Part shown: one piece after another, positions 8,519 to 15,894 of the stretch
Layout: the number at the start of each line of letters is the position of its first letter
How positions within the stretch are numbered: position 1 is the stretch's first letter
Source of the DNA: Mycobacterium phage IPhane7
Strand: one strand, 5' to 3'
DNA length: 24,000 bases
Sequence record: MH697587.1
Translations under genes and position numbers: made by a program
The notes under the pieces: model-generated
What the model saw: the letters and a program-made list of their open reading frames with translations, nothing else
What the model was told of the DNA's origin: nothing
Databases searched by the model: none

Positions 8519-8767
8519 ATGAGCGAACAATGTTGGGGCGGCACCCTTTCAAGCGACGGCCGAATCCAAGTTCTCGAAAATGAGCTGGCTGAAGCGCGTG
8601 CGCGTGCGAACAATGCGGAGCGCAAGCTGGCTGCGGTCATCGACCTGGTGGACCGGTGGATGCGGGACTACGGGCCCGGTACTCGCACCGAGGAAATTCT
8701 TGGGCCGCAGAAAGTTTCGGTTGCATTCGTTCACCGCTCGATCAAGGAGACGGCCAACGATGCGTGA
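8519..8767 (+). CDS. hypothetical coiled-coil-like protein
   Basis: ATG start with no obvious Shine-Dalgarno; the next gene starts in its 3' end. Confidence 0.65.
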   Translation: MSEQCWGGTLSSDGRIQVLENELAEARARANNAERKLAAVIDLVDRWMRDYGPGTRTEEILGPQKVSVAFVHRSIKETANDA

Positions 8768-9233
8768 TCCCGATGTGATCCTCACAAACCGAGACGGCGA
8801 TGTGTACCTCAAGCGCTGGCACATCATTCCGCGCAACCGGTTCTTCAACATCTACCTGCACCAGTTCCTGTCCAGCGATGACGACAGGGCCCTGCATGAT
8901 CACCCGTGGTGGTTCGCCAGCCTGGTGTTGAAGGGCGGCTACTGGGAGCACCGCAAGACCGGCTGGGCGACATGGCGTGGCCCTGGATCTTTCGCGATCC
9001 GCAGGCCGAAGACCGCTCACCGTGTCGAGTTGGCCACCGAATTGGCCCACGTTGAGACGATCTTCGACTCCCGCACCCTGAAGCCGGTGCGACGGAAGTA
9101 CAAGACCGTCGCCAAGCCCGCTTGGACACTGATTTTCACCGGCCCCCGATTCCGCTCCTGGGGATTCCACTGCCCACAGGGCTGGACCCACTGGAAGCGA
9201 TTCACCGACCGCAACGGATGTGGAGAACGATGA
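8760..9233 (+). CDS. cupin-like beta-barrel protein
   Basis: LHDHPWWFASLVLKGGYWEH and RRPKTAHRVEL have the cupin HxH/G-rich and His motif spacing. Confidence 0.6.
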   Translation: MRDPDVILTNRDGDVYLKRWHIIPRNRFFNIYLHQFLSSDDDRALHDHPWWFASLVLKGGYWEHRKTGWATWRGPGSFAIRRPKTAHRVELATELAHVETIFDSRTLKPVRRKYKTVAKPAWTLIFTGPRFRSWGFHCPQGWTHWKRFTDRNGCGER

Positions 9234-9493
9234 GCGACCTGATCAACGTCCAGGACGTGGACGACGCCAGCTTCCCAGTGGGCACCATTCTGGTGGAGCA
9301 GTACCACTACTTGCCGACCACGATGCTGCGAACTCACATGTCGCGCACCCCCGATGGCCGGGTTGAGCCTGGGCGAGGTGACGTATGGATGGCGATCCAT
9401 AACGACGCCTCCTTCCAGTGCTACAGCTCCCTCAAAGCATTCGTCCATAGCCAGGGTGGCCATGGACTGTTCCAGGAGGTTTTCCGCCCGTGA
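9230..9493 (+). CDS. hypothetical protein
   Basis: ATG 9230 overlaps the upstream TGA. Confidence 0.65.
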   Translation: MSDLINVQDVDDASFPVGTILVEQYHYLPTTMLRTHMSRTPDGRVEPGRGDVWMAIHNDASFQCYSSLKAFVHSQGGHGLFQEVFRP

Positions 9494-9735
9494 CCGAAGA
9501 TCACGAAACCCACACCAGCGTTGGCGATGAGGTCAAGGACCGAATCAACGAGCAGCTCGACCCCGAGATCACCGTGGAGACCGCCGAAGAAGCGGCCCGC
9601 AAGGACAAGTTCCACCGCAAGCCGAACCGCCAGATGCGCCGAGACATGCTGCGCCTCGTCGGCGAAGTCAAGTCCAACCGGCCCCGCATCCGCCGCCGCG
9701 TCTACCGCGTCCGCAAGTACTACGAGGCCAAGTGA
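9490..9735 (+). CDS. hypothetical protein
   Basis: GTG start overlapping the upstream TGA. Confidence 0.65.
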   Translation: MTEDHETHTSVGDEVKDRINEQLDPEITVETAEEAARKDKFHRKPNRQMRRDMLRLVGEVKSNRPRIRRRVYRVRKYYEAK

Positions 9736-10152
9736 TTGTGCCCCAATCACCCTGACAGGCCGGTCAAAAGCCGGGGGCTCTGTGGCAGCTGCTACGACCG
9801 AGAGCTAAAGCGTGAGAATCCCGAGTACGCAGAGCGACAGCGTCAGAATCGGCGCGAGTGGGGCGAGCGACCCGAATCCCAGCAAAAGATGCGGGACAAC
9901 GAGGCACGCTACCGACGTAAGTACGGTAGCAGGGCGCACCGCGAATATGGCATCACCCGCGAGGAATACGACGCCTACATGGCCAAGCCATGTGGAATCT
10001 GCGGGGAGCCGTCAAAACATCTGGACCACAACCACACTACCGGCGAGATACGCGGAGGCTTGTGCCACCGATGCAATCTCGGACTCGGCTATTACGAGGG
10101 CTGGTTCCTCGAACATCGTCACGCAGCACTGAAATGGATCGGAGCGGAATGA
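9736..10152 (+). CDS. recombination endonuclease VII-like (HNH) protein
   Basis: CGSCYDRELKRENPEY...YGITREEYDAYMAKPCGICGEPSKHLDHNHTTGEIRGGLCHRCNLGLG matches the endonuclease VII signature. TTG start. Confidence 0.93.
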   Translation: MCPNHPDRPVKSRGLCGSCYDRELKRENPEYAERQRQNRREWGERPESQQKMRDNEARYRRKYGSRAHREYGITREEYDAYMAKPCGICGEPSKHLDHNHTTGEIRGGLCHRCNLGLGYYEGWFLEHRHAALKWIGAE

Positions 10153-10751
10153 GCACAGGAGAAGTTGTCCACACATCAGCCACAGGTGGACAAAAGGCGG
10201 GTAACCGTGTGCGGATGAGCCTGGTGCCAGGCCGGGAGCTGCTCGATGTGGCAGAGCTGTACGGCAAGGGTGCTGAGAAGTATTCGGCGTGGAACTGGGC
10301 CAAGGGATATGACTGGTCGCTCTCCTTTGACGCCCTCAACCGCCATCTGTGGGCCTGGTGGGACGGCGAGGAGTTCGACAACGGCGAGGGCGGCACTGGC
10401 CTGGAGCACCTCACAGCGGTCGTGTTCCACGCTCTGGCGCTGATGTACTTCCGCAAGCACTTCCCCGAGCTGGATGACCGGCCGAACACAGTGCTGGCTC
10501 GCAACGCGGAAGCCGAAAAGCCTGAGATGGCCAACGAAGTCAGCTTCCCACTGAGGATGGAGCGCCTCACCCCAGAGTGGACCCGCGCGTTCACCTGGTA
10601 CTGGGCGGGCACACAGTACAAGTGGCTGGACGGCGACAGGGGACCGGGCTGGTACTTCCACAGCGGCAGCCAGTGGGTCTGGTCCAGTGAGAACTTGGAA
10701 TCCGGCCAGGGGCTCGGGTCCAACGTGATCTACAGCCGGGTCCGCGACTAA
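10149..10751 (+). CDS. DUF5664 / putative dATP/dGTP diphosphohydrolase-like protein
   Basis: GRELLDVAELYGKGAEKYSAWNWAKGYDWSLSFDALNRHLWAWWDGEEFDNGEGGTGLEHLTAVVFHALAL motif string. Confidence 0.8.
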   Translation: MSTGEVVHTSATGGQKAGNRVRMSLVPGRELLDVAELYGKGAEKYSAWNWAKGYDWSLSFDALNRHLWAWWDGEEFDNGEGGTGLEHLTAVVFHALALMYFRKHFPELDDRPNTVLARNAEAEKPEMANEVSFPLRMERLTPEWTRAFTWYWAGTQYKWLDGDRGPGWYFHSGSQWVWSSENLESGQGLGSNVIYSRVRD

Positions 10752-10754
10752 CCC

Positions 10755-10767
10755 TCCTGTAATCACC
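10755..10767 (+). promoter_or_regulatory. repeat element TCCTGTAATCACC, copy 2
   Basis: Exact 13-mer in a short intergenic gap before the 10805 gene. Confidence 0.6.
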
Positions 10768-10804
10768 CTCAGGAGCCAGATAAGTTGAGAGACATGGAGA
10801 ACCG

Positions 10805-11605
10805 ATGAGCGCCAAGATTCTGGTACTCGACATCGAGCGACAGAGTGCGCTTGTCGACGGCGTGTGGGAAGGCAAGCAGTACAGCACCTGGGTTGATCCG
10901 TCACGCGTGATCGAACCAGCCCGCACCATCTGCTTCGCCTACCGGTGGCTGCACGAGGACAAGACCAAGTTCGTCGCCGAATGGGACGGCGGTCTGCCGC
11001 AGGACAACACGGCCCACACACCGGGCGGTGGCCACAAGCGGATGGTCGAGAAGGCCCGCGAACTCTTCGATGAGGCCGACTACATCGTCGGCTTCAACTC
11101 GAAGAACTTCGACGTGAAGTACCTGCGCGCCGACATGTGGCTCTACGACCTCGCCCAGCCCGCGCCTCACGTCGACATCGACCTGATGCAGCAGGCCACC
11201 AAGAACTTCAAGCTCTACGCCAAGTCCATGAAGTACCTCGCCAAGGCGAAGGCCATGGAAGGCAAGGAGCAGACCGAACTGGGCCTGTGGCGCAAGCTGC
11301 GGTTCGCAGACGGCGACGTTCTGCGTCGGGCCCAGCGGGCAATGAAGAAGTACAACATTCGCGACGTGGACCAGACGCTGGAGCTGTTCTACGACATGCG
11401 GGGATGGCTGTCGGGCATGAACCTCGCCCTCTACGAGGACGACATCGGCCCGTTCTGCCCGAACTGCGCAAGCGCCAACCTGCAGTACCGGGGTTGGGCC
11501 GGTAACCGGACCTACAAGTACCGCCGCTTCCAGTGCACCGACTGCGGCAAGTGGGGCCGGGACGCCAAGTCGTTCGCGTCCGTCCAATCCATCGGCATTC
11601 CATAG
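10805..11605 (+). CDS. DEDD-type 3'-5' exonuclease-like protein with C-terminal zinc ribbon
   Basis: VLDIE, VGFNSKNFDVKYL and YNIRDVDQT are candidate ExoI/II/III motifs; C-terminus CPNCASANLQYRGW...RRFQCTDCGKW is zinc-ribbon-like. Confidence 0.75.
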   Translation: MSAKILVLDIERQSALVDGVWEGKQYSTWVDPSRVIEPARTICFAYRWLHEDKTKFVAEWDGGLPQDNTAHTPGGGHKRMVEKARELFDEADYIVGFNSKNFDVKYLRADMWLYDLAQPAPHVDIDLMQQATKNFKLYAKSMKYLAKAKAMEGKEQTELGLWRKLRFADGDVLRRAQRAMKKYNIRDVDQTLELFYDMRGWLSGMNLALYEDDIGPFCPNCASANLQYRGWAGNRTYKYRRFQCTDCGKWGRDAKSFASVQSIGIP

Positions 11606-11613
11606 GAGAACCA

Positions 11614-11874
11614 ATGTCCCTGAACACCAGCGTCTTTGACGACGTACACATCAGCCTCGCCCAAGGCGAGCAGGTAGGCACGCTGGACTGGACGTTCCGC
11701 AACGTCCCCGCGAACCTGAACCCGCAGTTCTTCGAGTTCATCGGCAGCGATGACGGTGCGAAGATCCTCGCCAACGTCGCGGCCCTCTTCCTGTTCGAGC
11801 AGGGCGTCCTCAGCGCCGACGACTACATGGCAGTGGTCCAGGACGTTCCGGCGCGAGACATGGAGACCGAGTGA
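11614..11874 (+). CDS. hypothetical protein
   Basis: ATG 11614 with RBS ggagaacca; short overlap with the next gene. Confidence 0.65.
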   Translation: MSLNTSVFDDVHISLAQGEQVGTLDWTFRNVPANLNPQFFEFIGSDDGAKILANVAALFLFEQGVLSADDYMAVVQDVPARDMETE

Positions 11875-12086
11875 GCCTTCGCGCCGAGGACATCCCGCTG
11901 ATCAAGATACTTGAGGACGCGCTGGTGGCCGAACTGGACCGCCAGCACCTCAACGGCGAGATCGAGCCGGATTCCACAGGCTCCGAACACTTCGACGCTG
12001 TCGACGGCGAACTCGCGGGCCGACCGGACTGGTTCAAGGTCGCACGTGCTGTCGCAGAGGCCCTTTGGGCCGAGGAGGGACGGTAG
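11871..12086 (+). CDS. hypothetical protein
   Basis: GTG start in a TGA overlap. Confidence 0.6.
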   Translation: MSLRAEDIPLIKILEDALVAELDRQHLNGEIEPDSTGSEHFDAVDGELAGRPDWFKVARAVAEALWAEEGR

Positions 12087-12154
12087 TGGCTATCGTCGCC
12101 ACCGGCATCCTCATCTTCTTCTTCTTCCTCGCAATCATCATTCAGGAGTGGTAG
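12086..12154 (+). CDS. 22-aa single-pass membrane microprotein (MAIVATGILIFFFFLAIIIQEW)
   Basis: GTG start overlaps the upstream TAG; preceded by GAGGAGGGAC; its stop overlaps the next GTG. Absent from the supplied ORF track. Confidence 0.55.
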   Translation: MAIVATGILIFFFFLAIIIQEW

Positions 12155-12696
12155 TGGACACCATCTGGAAGCCCATCCCGCAGGATCCCACCGGGTTATA
12201 CCTCGCCAGCCAAGACGGACAGATCCTCCGCAAGGAGTACGTCATCGAGAAGCTGCAGAGCCACGGTCACCTGTACCGGCGCGTCATGCCCGAGAAGATC
12301 GTCAAGCAGTGCATCAAGGATCGGGCCCCGTCGCACGGCGTGCACCCGATCATCCAGATGCGTAGCAGCACCCAGTACGCCAGCACCGTTGAGCGCCGCG
12401 TCTCCAGCCTGATCGCCGCCGCATGGCACGGGCTGCCGTACGAGGCGGGAGACCGCACCGCGCAGAACGATTGGCGCATCGGCTTCATCGACGGAGACCC
12501 GTCGAACGTCCACGCCGACAACCTCGAGTGGGTGTCCAACCAAGGCGTCAACACCCACCACTCCCACGACTTCTACTACGAAAACCTGAAGGCGTACCGC
12601 GCCCAGGCCGCAGTTGAGACCGCCGAGTCCTTCCTGGCCCGCTACTACTCGCCGGATGAGATCGACTGGTCCACCGCAGAAAGGATCGCCGCGTGA
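12154..12696 (+). CDS. NUMOD4/HNH-type homing endonuclease-like protein
   Basis: TIWKPIPQDPTGLYLASQDGQILR (NUMOD4-like) and WRIGFIDGDPSNVHADNLEWVSNQ (HNH_3-like). GTG start 12154 chosen inside the longer track ORF. Confidence 0.8.
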   Translation: MDTIWKPIPQDPTGLYLASQDGQILRKEYVIEKLQSHGHLYRRVMPEKIVKQCIKDRAPSHGVHPIIQMRSSTQYASTVERRVSSLIAAAWHGLPYEAGDRTAQNDWRIGFIDGDPSNVHADNLEWVSNQGVNTHHSHDFYYENLKAYRAQAAVETAESFLARYYSPDEIDWSTAERIAA

Positions 12697-13199
12697 CCGA
12701 TCTCGGCATCGACCCCACCGCCTTCGACTTCGACACCGACCCGCTGCAGTCGCGGTTCCACGGCTGGACCGCTCACGGCGGCATCGAGTTCGACGTGCCG
12801 TTCATCTCGGAGGTGGCCGACAACCTGTACCAGGGTGGCTGCCGACGCGGCCTGGTGCTGCCGACGTTCATCAAGCACCTCGTGTCGCTGTACCCGTGGG
12901 AGAAGTACACGGTCGAGCATGAGCTGCTGTCGGAGAAGTCGATCAAGATGTACGACTCGGTGGACCAGAGCCTCGACCAGGTGGACGAGATCGCCGAGTG
13001 GGTCAACGAGTGCCGCAAGACGGGGCCCGTGCTGGTGCACTGCCAGGCCGGGTTGAACCGTTCGGCGCTGATCGCGGCCCGCGCCATCTGGCTGGACACC
13101 CGCCAGAGCGGCTTTTCGATCATGAACCACCTGCGCCGCACCCGTTCGGACGCGGTGCTGTGCAACCCGGCGTTCGCCCGCGAGGTCGCTAGCTGGTGA
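12693..13199 (+). CDS. dual-specificity protein phosphatase-like protein
   Basis: LVHCQAGLNRSALIAA matches the HCx5R phosphatase loop; upstream DSVDQSL and NLYQGG. Confidence 0.85.
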   Translation: MTDLGIDPTAFDFDTDPLQSRFHGWTAHGGIEFDVPFISEVADNLYQGGCRRGLVLPTFIKHLVSLYPWEKYTVEHELLSEKSIKMYDSVDQSLDQVDEIAEWVNECRKTGPVLVHCQAGLNRSALIAARAIWLDTRQSGFSIMNHLRRTRSDAVLCNPAFAREVASW

Positions 13200-13432
13200 G
13201 CGACGTTGATGTGATGGCCGCGCTGATCGAGCAGCATGCGAGGGCCAACGACCCGGTGGCCCGCCACATGAGCTACCGGGTCACCGCATCGAGTGCCCGT
13301 AAGGCCGCAGAAGCCCTCCACGCCGCAGGATTCCGCCAGGGGGCAGGGACGGTCGACCGAGAGCAGAACGACCGGCTGAAGGCCATTGAGAGCCGTTTGG
13401 ACCGCATCGAGGGATACATGGTGATCACGTGA
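13196..13432 (+). CDS. hypothetical protein
   Basis: GTG start in an overlap. Confidence 0.65.
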   Translation: MSDVDVMAALIEQHARANDPVARHMSYRVTASSARKAAEALHAAGFRQGAGTVDREQNDRLKAIESRLDRIEGYMVIT

Positions 13433-13737
13433 GCGACCATCTGTTGATCTATGGCGCATCCGATGACCTGGTCGAGTTCGAGGGCCGGTTCAACGAGGAG
13501 TTCAACGCGTACGGGCGTGCCAAGTTCATGGTTCGGATCGTGGACGGCGACAAGCGTTCCGTGTTTCTGGTGACCGCCGAGTTCGGCAACGGCTGGGAGC
13601 TGTTCGTTGGATCCAACACCGACTCTGTCGAGTTCCCCGTCGAGTTCACGTTCACGCAGCGCCCCGACTATGAGGGCGATCCGGCGATCCTGTTCACGCT
13701 GCGGCCAACTGACGACCTACATGTGGAGAAGCTATGA
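13429..13737 (+). CDS. hypothetical protein
   Basis: GTG start in an overlap. Confidence 0.65.
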   Translation: MSDHLLIYGASDDLVEFEGRFNEEFNAYGRAKFMVRIVDGDKRSVFLVTAEFGNGWELFVGSNTDSVEFPVEFTFTQRPDYEGDPAILFTLRPTDDLHVEKL

Positions 13738-13979
13738 GCCTGATTATGCCGATCATGATCAACAACACCACCATCGGCGCGTTGACCATCCACCGCACCC
13801 AGAGGCTCCGCAACAACCGCAAGGACGACGTTCACACCTACGAGTGGGAACTGTTCATGAAGGGCGGCAAGACCCTTCGCGGCGAGCGGGACGCAGAAAG
13901 CTACGCGGGCACAGTGGAGCACTCCTACAGCGCAGGTGCTGTGGAACTCATCAAGAAGGTCATGGCCCAGATCCCATGA
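13734..13979 (+). CDS. hypothetical protein
   Basis: ATG start overlapping the upstream stop. Confidence 0.6.
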   Translation: MSLIMPIMINNTTIGALTIHRTQRLRNNRKDDVHTYEWELFMKGGKTLRGERDAESYAGTVEHSYSAGAVELIKKVMAQIP

Positions 13980-14113
13980 CCGACATCCAGATCCGGTACG
14001 AGATTCCCGACAACGCGCCCGACTGGCTGTTTCAGTGCATCGCTGACGGCGACTGGAACGGCATCCTCGAATACACCTGCGGGCGTTCACCGTCCAACAT
14101 CGAGGTGGTATGA
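13976..14113 (+). CDS. 45-aa hypothetical protein
   Basis: ATGAC overlap at 13976; sits at the 3' end of track ORF 13607..14113. Confidence 0.6.
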   Translation: MTDIQIRYEIPDNAPDWLFQCIADGDWNGILEYTCGRSPSNIEVV

Positions 14114-14271
14114 CCCAGCCGTCAACACAAGCGCAGCGGGATGCCTATCTCGCTGGAATGTGTAAGTGGTGCATGGAGAAACGGCACCGCGCGGGCAGTC
14201 CAGAATGTGATGACTGCTGGAAGTTGAGAGGAACCGGCGCGACCATGCGCCCCGCACGAGAGGTGTTCTGA
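14110..14271 (+). CDS. 53-aa putative zinc-binding protein (CKWC...CDDC)
   Basis: ATGA overlap with the upstream gene and TGATG overlap with the downstream gene; Cx2C...Cx2C. Not in the supplied track. Confidence 0.6.
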   Translation: MTQPSTQAQRDAYLAGMCKWCMEKRHRAGSPECDDCWKLRGTGATMRPAREVF

Positions 14272-14462
14272 TGGCCACCAAGAAGCAACGAGCACGGCAG
14301 AAGTACCGCGACCGCTACGGCCGCGACCCGCAGAGCGACGCCCAGCTCGCCACGTTCATGGCGACGCTGCCGACATCGGCCTTCATCGGCTGTTCGGACT
14401 TCAGCAGCTCCAGCAGCTTCGACTCGGGCAGCTCGTTCGACGGCGGAAGCTGCAGCTTCTGA
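14271..14462 (+). CDS. hypothetical Ser/Gly-rich tail protein
   Basis: MATKKQRARQKYRDRYG...SSSSSFDSGSSFDGGSCSF. Confidence 0.6.
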   Translation: MATKKQRARQKYRDRYGRDPQSDAQLATFMATLPTSAFIGCSDFSSSSSFDSGSSFDGGSCSF

Positions 14463-14489
14463 GCCGCCTACTCCAGGTGAGGAACCCAA

Positions 14490-14816
14490 TTGCCCACGAA
14501 CTCAAAGAACGGCCCACGCTCTCGCGGCCGAACGGGCGGCAAGTTTGAACGGGCGAAGTGGCGCGTTCTCAAGGCAAACCAGATCTGCGCCCACCCAGAC
14601 TGCCGTCAACTCATCGACCTGGACCTCAAGTGGCCGGATCCGATGAGCCCCACCGTGAACCACATCATCCCCGTCAAGGACTTGGCCTGGGATGACCCTC
14701 TGACGTACTCGGTGGAGAACCTCGAGCCCATGCACCTGGTGTGCAACCAGCGTCTCGGCGCTGGGCCCCGCAAGAAAAAGCCGAAGCATCCGCAGTCGCG
14801 GAACTGGCGCGAATGA
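14490..14816 (+). CDS. HNH endonuclease
   Basis: AKWRVLKANQICAHPDCRQLIDL...PTVNHIIPVKDLAWDDPLTYSVENLEPMHLVCNQRLG. TTG start. Confidence 0.85.
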   Translation: MPTNSKNGPRSRGRTGGKFERAKWRVLKANQICAHPDCRQLIDLDLKWPDPMSPTVNHIIPVKDLAWDDPLTYSVENLEPMHLVCNQRLGAGPRKKKPKHPQSRNWRE

Positions 14817-14904
14817 CCTCGTCAGCAAACTCGTGCTAAACTGGAAGCAGATGGCAGCGCCCCTTCGGGTAGCGCGCAGCAAATTTCGATCCTAAGGACT
14901 TCAC

Positions 14905-15114
14905 ATGGCTTCTCCTCAGAACCCTTTCGTGCCGCTCGACCCAGCGGACTACAACCTGTCCGGCTCGCAGGCGGCCGAGGATGCCCTGGCGGGGATCATG
15001 AAGCCGCTCGTCGGCGCTGGCCCGCATGACGACCTGACGGTGGAAGAGCTGAATCAGCGATTCGACGGCACCGGCTCGCCGCGTCCACATACGTTCCCGA
15101 CTCCGCAGAACTGA
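14905..15114 (+). CDS. hypothetical protein
   Basis: ATG with CTAAGGA RBS; followed by a terminator. Confidence 0.7.
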   Translation: MASPQNPFVPLDPADYNLSGSQAAEDALAGIMKPLVGAGPHDDLTVEELNQRFDGTGSPRPHTFPTPQN

Positions 15115-15140
15115 GGTTCTGAGGTGTAGGCCCTCGAAGA

Positions 15141-15179
15141 GGCCCCCGGTCAGCGTATGTGCTGGTCGGGGGCCTTTTT
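15141..15179 (+). terminator. strong intrinsic terminator closing the left gene block
   Basis: GGCCCCCG...CGGGGGCC then TTTTT. Confidence 0.9.
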
Positions 15180-15185
15180 GGTTCT

Positions 15186-15198
15186 TCCTGTAATCACC
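15186..15198 (+). promoter_or_regulatory. repeat element TCCTGTAATCACC, copy 3, directly after the terminator and before the RNA array
   Basis: Exact 13-mer; TAATCT lies 17 nt after TGTAAT. Confidence 0.6.
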
Positions 15199-15339
15199 TC
15201 CGCGCGGCCTCTAATCTATTTCATGTCCGGTTCAAGAGGGACCGGATAAGCGATACACCGGAGGGGCCAAGTACCCACACCTTTCAAGCCTGGTTCCTCC
15301 ACTGGGGCTCAACAGAGTTGAGGCTGAAGAGTCCCACCT

Positions 15340-15410
15340 ATGGGCGTAGCTGACTGGGAAGCAACGGTCTCCAAAGCCGTGATATGCAGGTTCGAATCCT
15401 GCCGCCCGTG
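15340..15410 (+). tRNA. tRNA-Trp(CCA)
   Basis: Acceptor ATGGGCG/CGCCCGT, anticodon arm ACGGT-CTCCAAA-GCCGT, T-arm GCAGG-TTCGAAT-CCTGC, discriminator G. No encoded CCA. Confidence 0.85.
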
Positions 15411-15421
15411 CAAGGTTCGAT

Positions 15422-15470
15422 GTTCGGTCATTACCGAACGCCGAGCATGTTGGTTGAGAACTCAATAGTG
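15422..15470 (+). promoter_or_regulatory. candidate antitermination/processing leader: hairpin plus rRNA-leader-like boxA-region sequence
   Basis: Perfect 7-bp hairpin GTTCGGT-catt-ACCGAAC (15422..15439), then TTGAGAACTCAATAGTG (15454..15470) just before the tmRNA. Confidence 0.5.
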
Positions 15471-15491
15471 GAAGTACAAGTAAGTTTCAAT

Positions 15492-15894
15492 GGGGCTGTA
15501 CTGGTTTCGATTGCGAACCGAGTCCATGGAAGCGTGCCGGGAAGATACGCCCGTAACAGTTCAACCCTTATAAGCGCCGCATTTGTTGACGCTGATTACG
15601 CCGTAGCTGCGTGATCCGGTGGGGCACAACGGTTCACCCGTTCCCGTGTGCAATCCCGCCGTCGCCAAAACGGGGAACCTGCATACCGACTCAGCATGCA
15701 GTGAGCCAGCAATGGTCATAATGCAGATGTCCTCCCGCCGTGAGGAGCGTAGATCGGCTTTGTACCCACACGGTGACCCTTCGAGGGTTAAGCCCTGTGA
15801 GCCAATGGGATACGAGATGAGTTACAGGCTACGCACGTAGAAGAATGAGTACAGAGAACGTAAGACGCGGGTTCGATTCCCGCCAGCTCCACCA
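15492..15894 (+). ncRNA. ssrA: tmRNA (transfer-messenger RNA), tag AAFVDADYAVAA
   Basis: 5' GGGGCTGTACTGGTTTCGATTGCGAACC...GGAAGCGTGCCGG; tag frame GCC GCA TTT GTT GAC GCT GAT TAC GCC GTA GCT GCG TGA at 15576..15614; 3' T-arm GCGGGTTCGATTCCCGC and acceptor CAGCTCC-A-CCA pairing with GGGGCTG. Confidence 0.96.

Noticed and set aside
15186-15203. Resemblance of TAATCACCTCC to the 16S rRNA 3' end (GGATCACCTCC)
   Set aside because: Only copy 3 of the repeat has the CCTCC extension; the shared part is better explained as a DNA element, and the match is short.
15384-15614. 77-aa ORF ending in AAFVDADYAVAA as a protein gene
   Set aside because: Its 3' end is the tmRNA tag frame; the rest reads through tmRNA structure.
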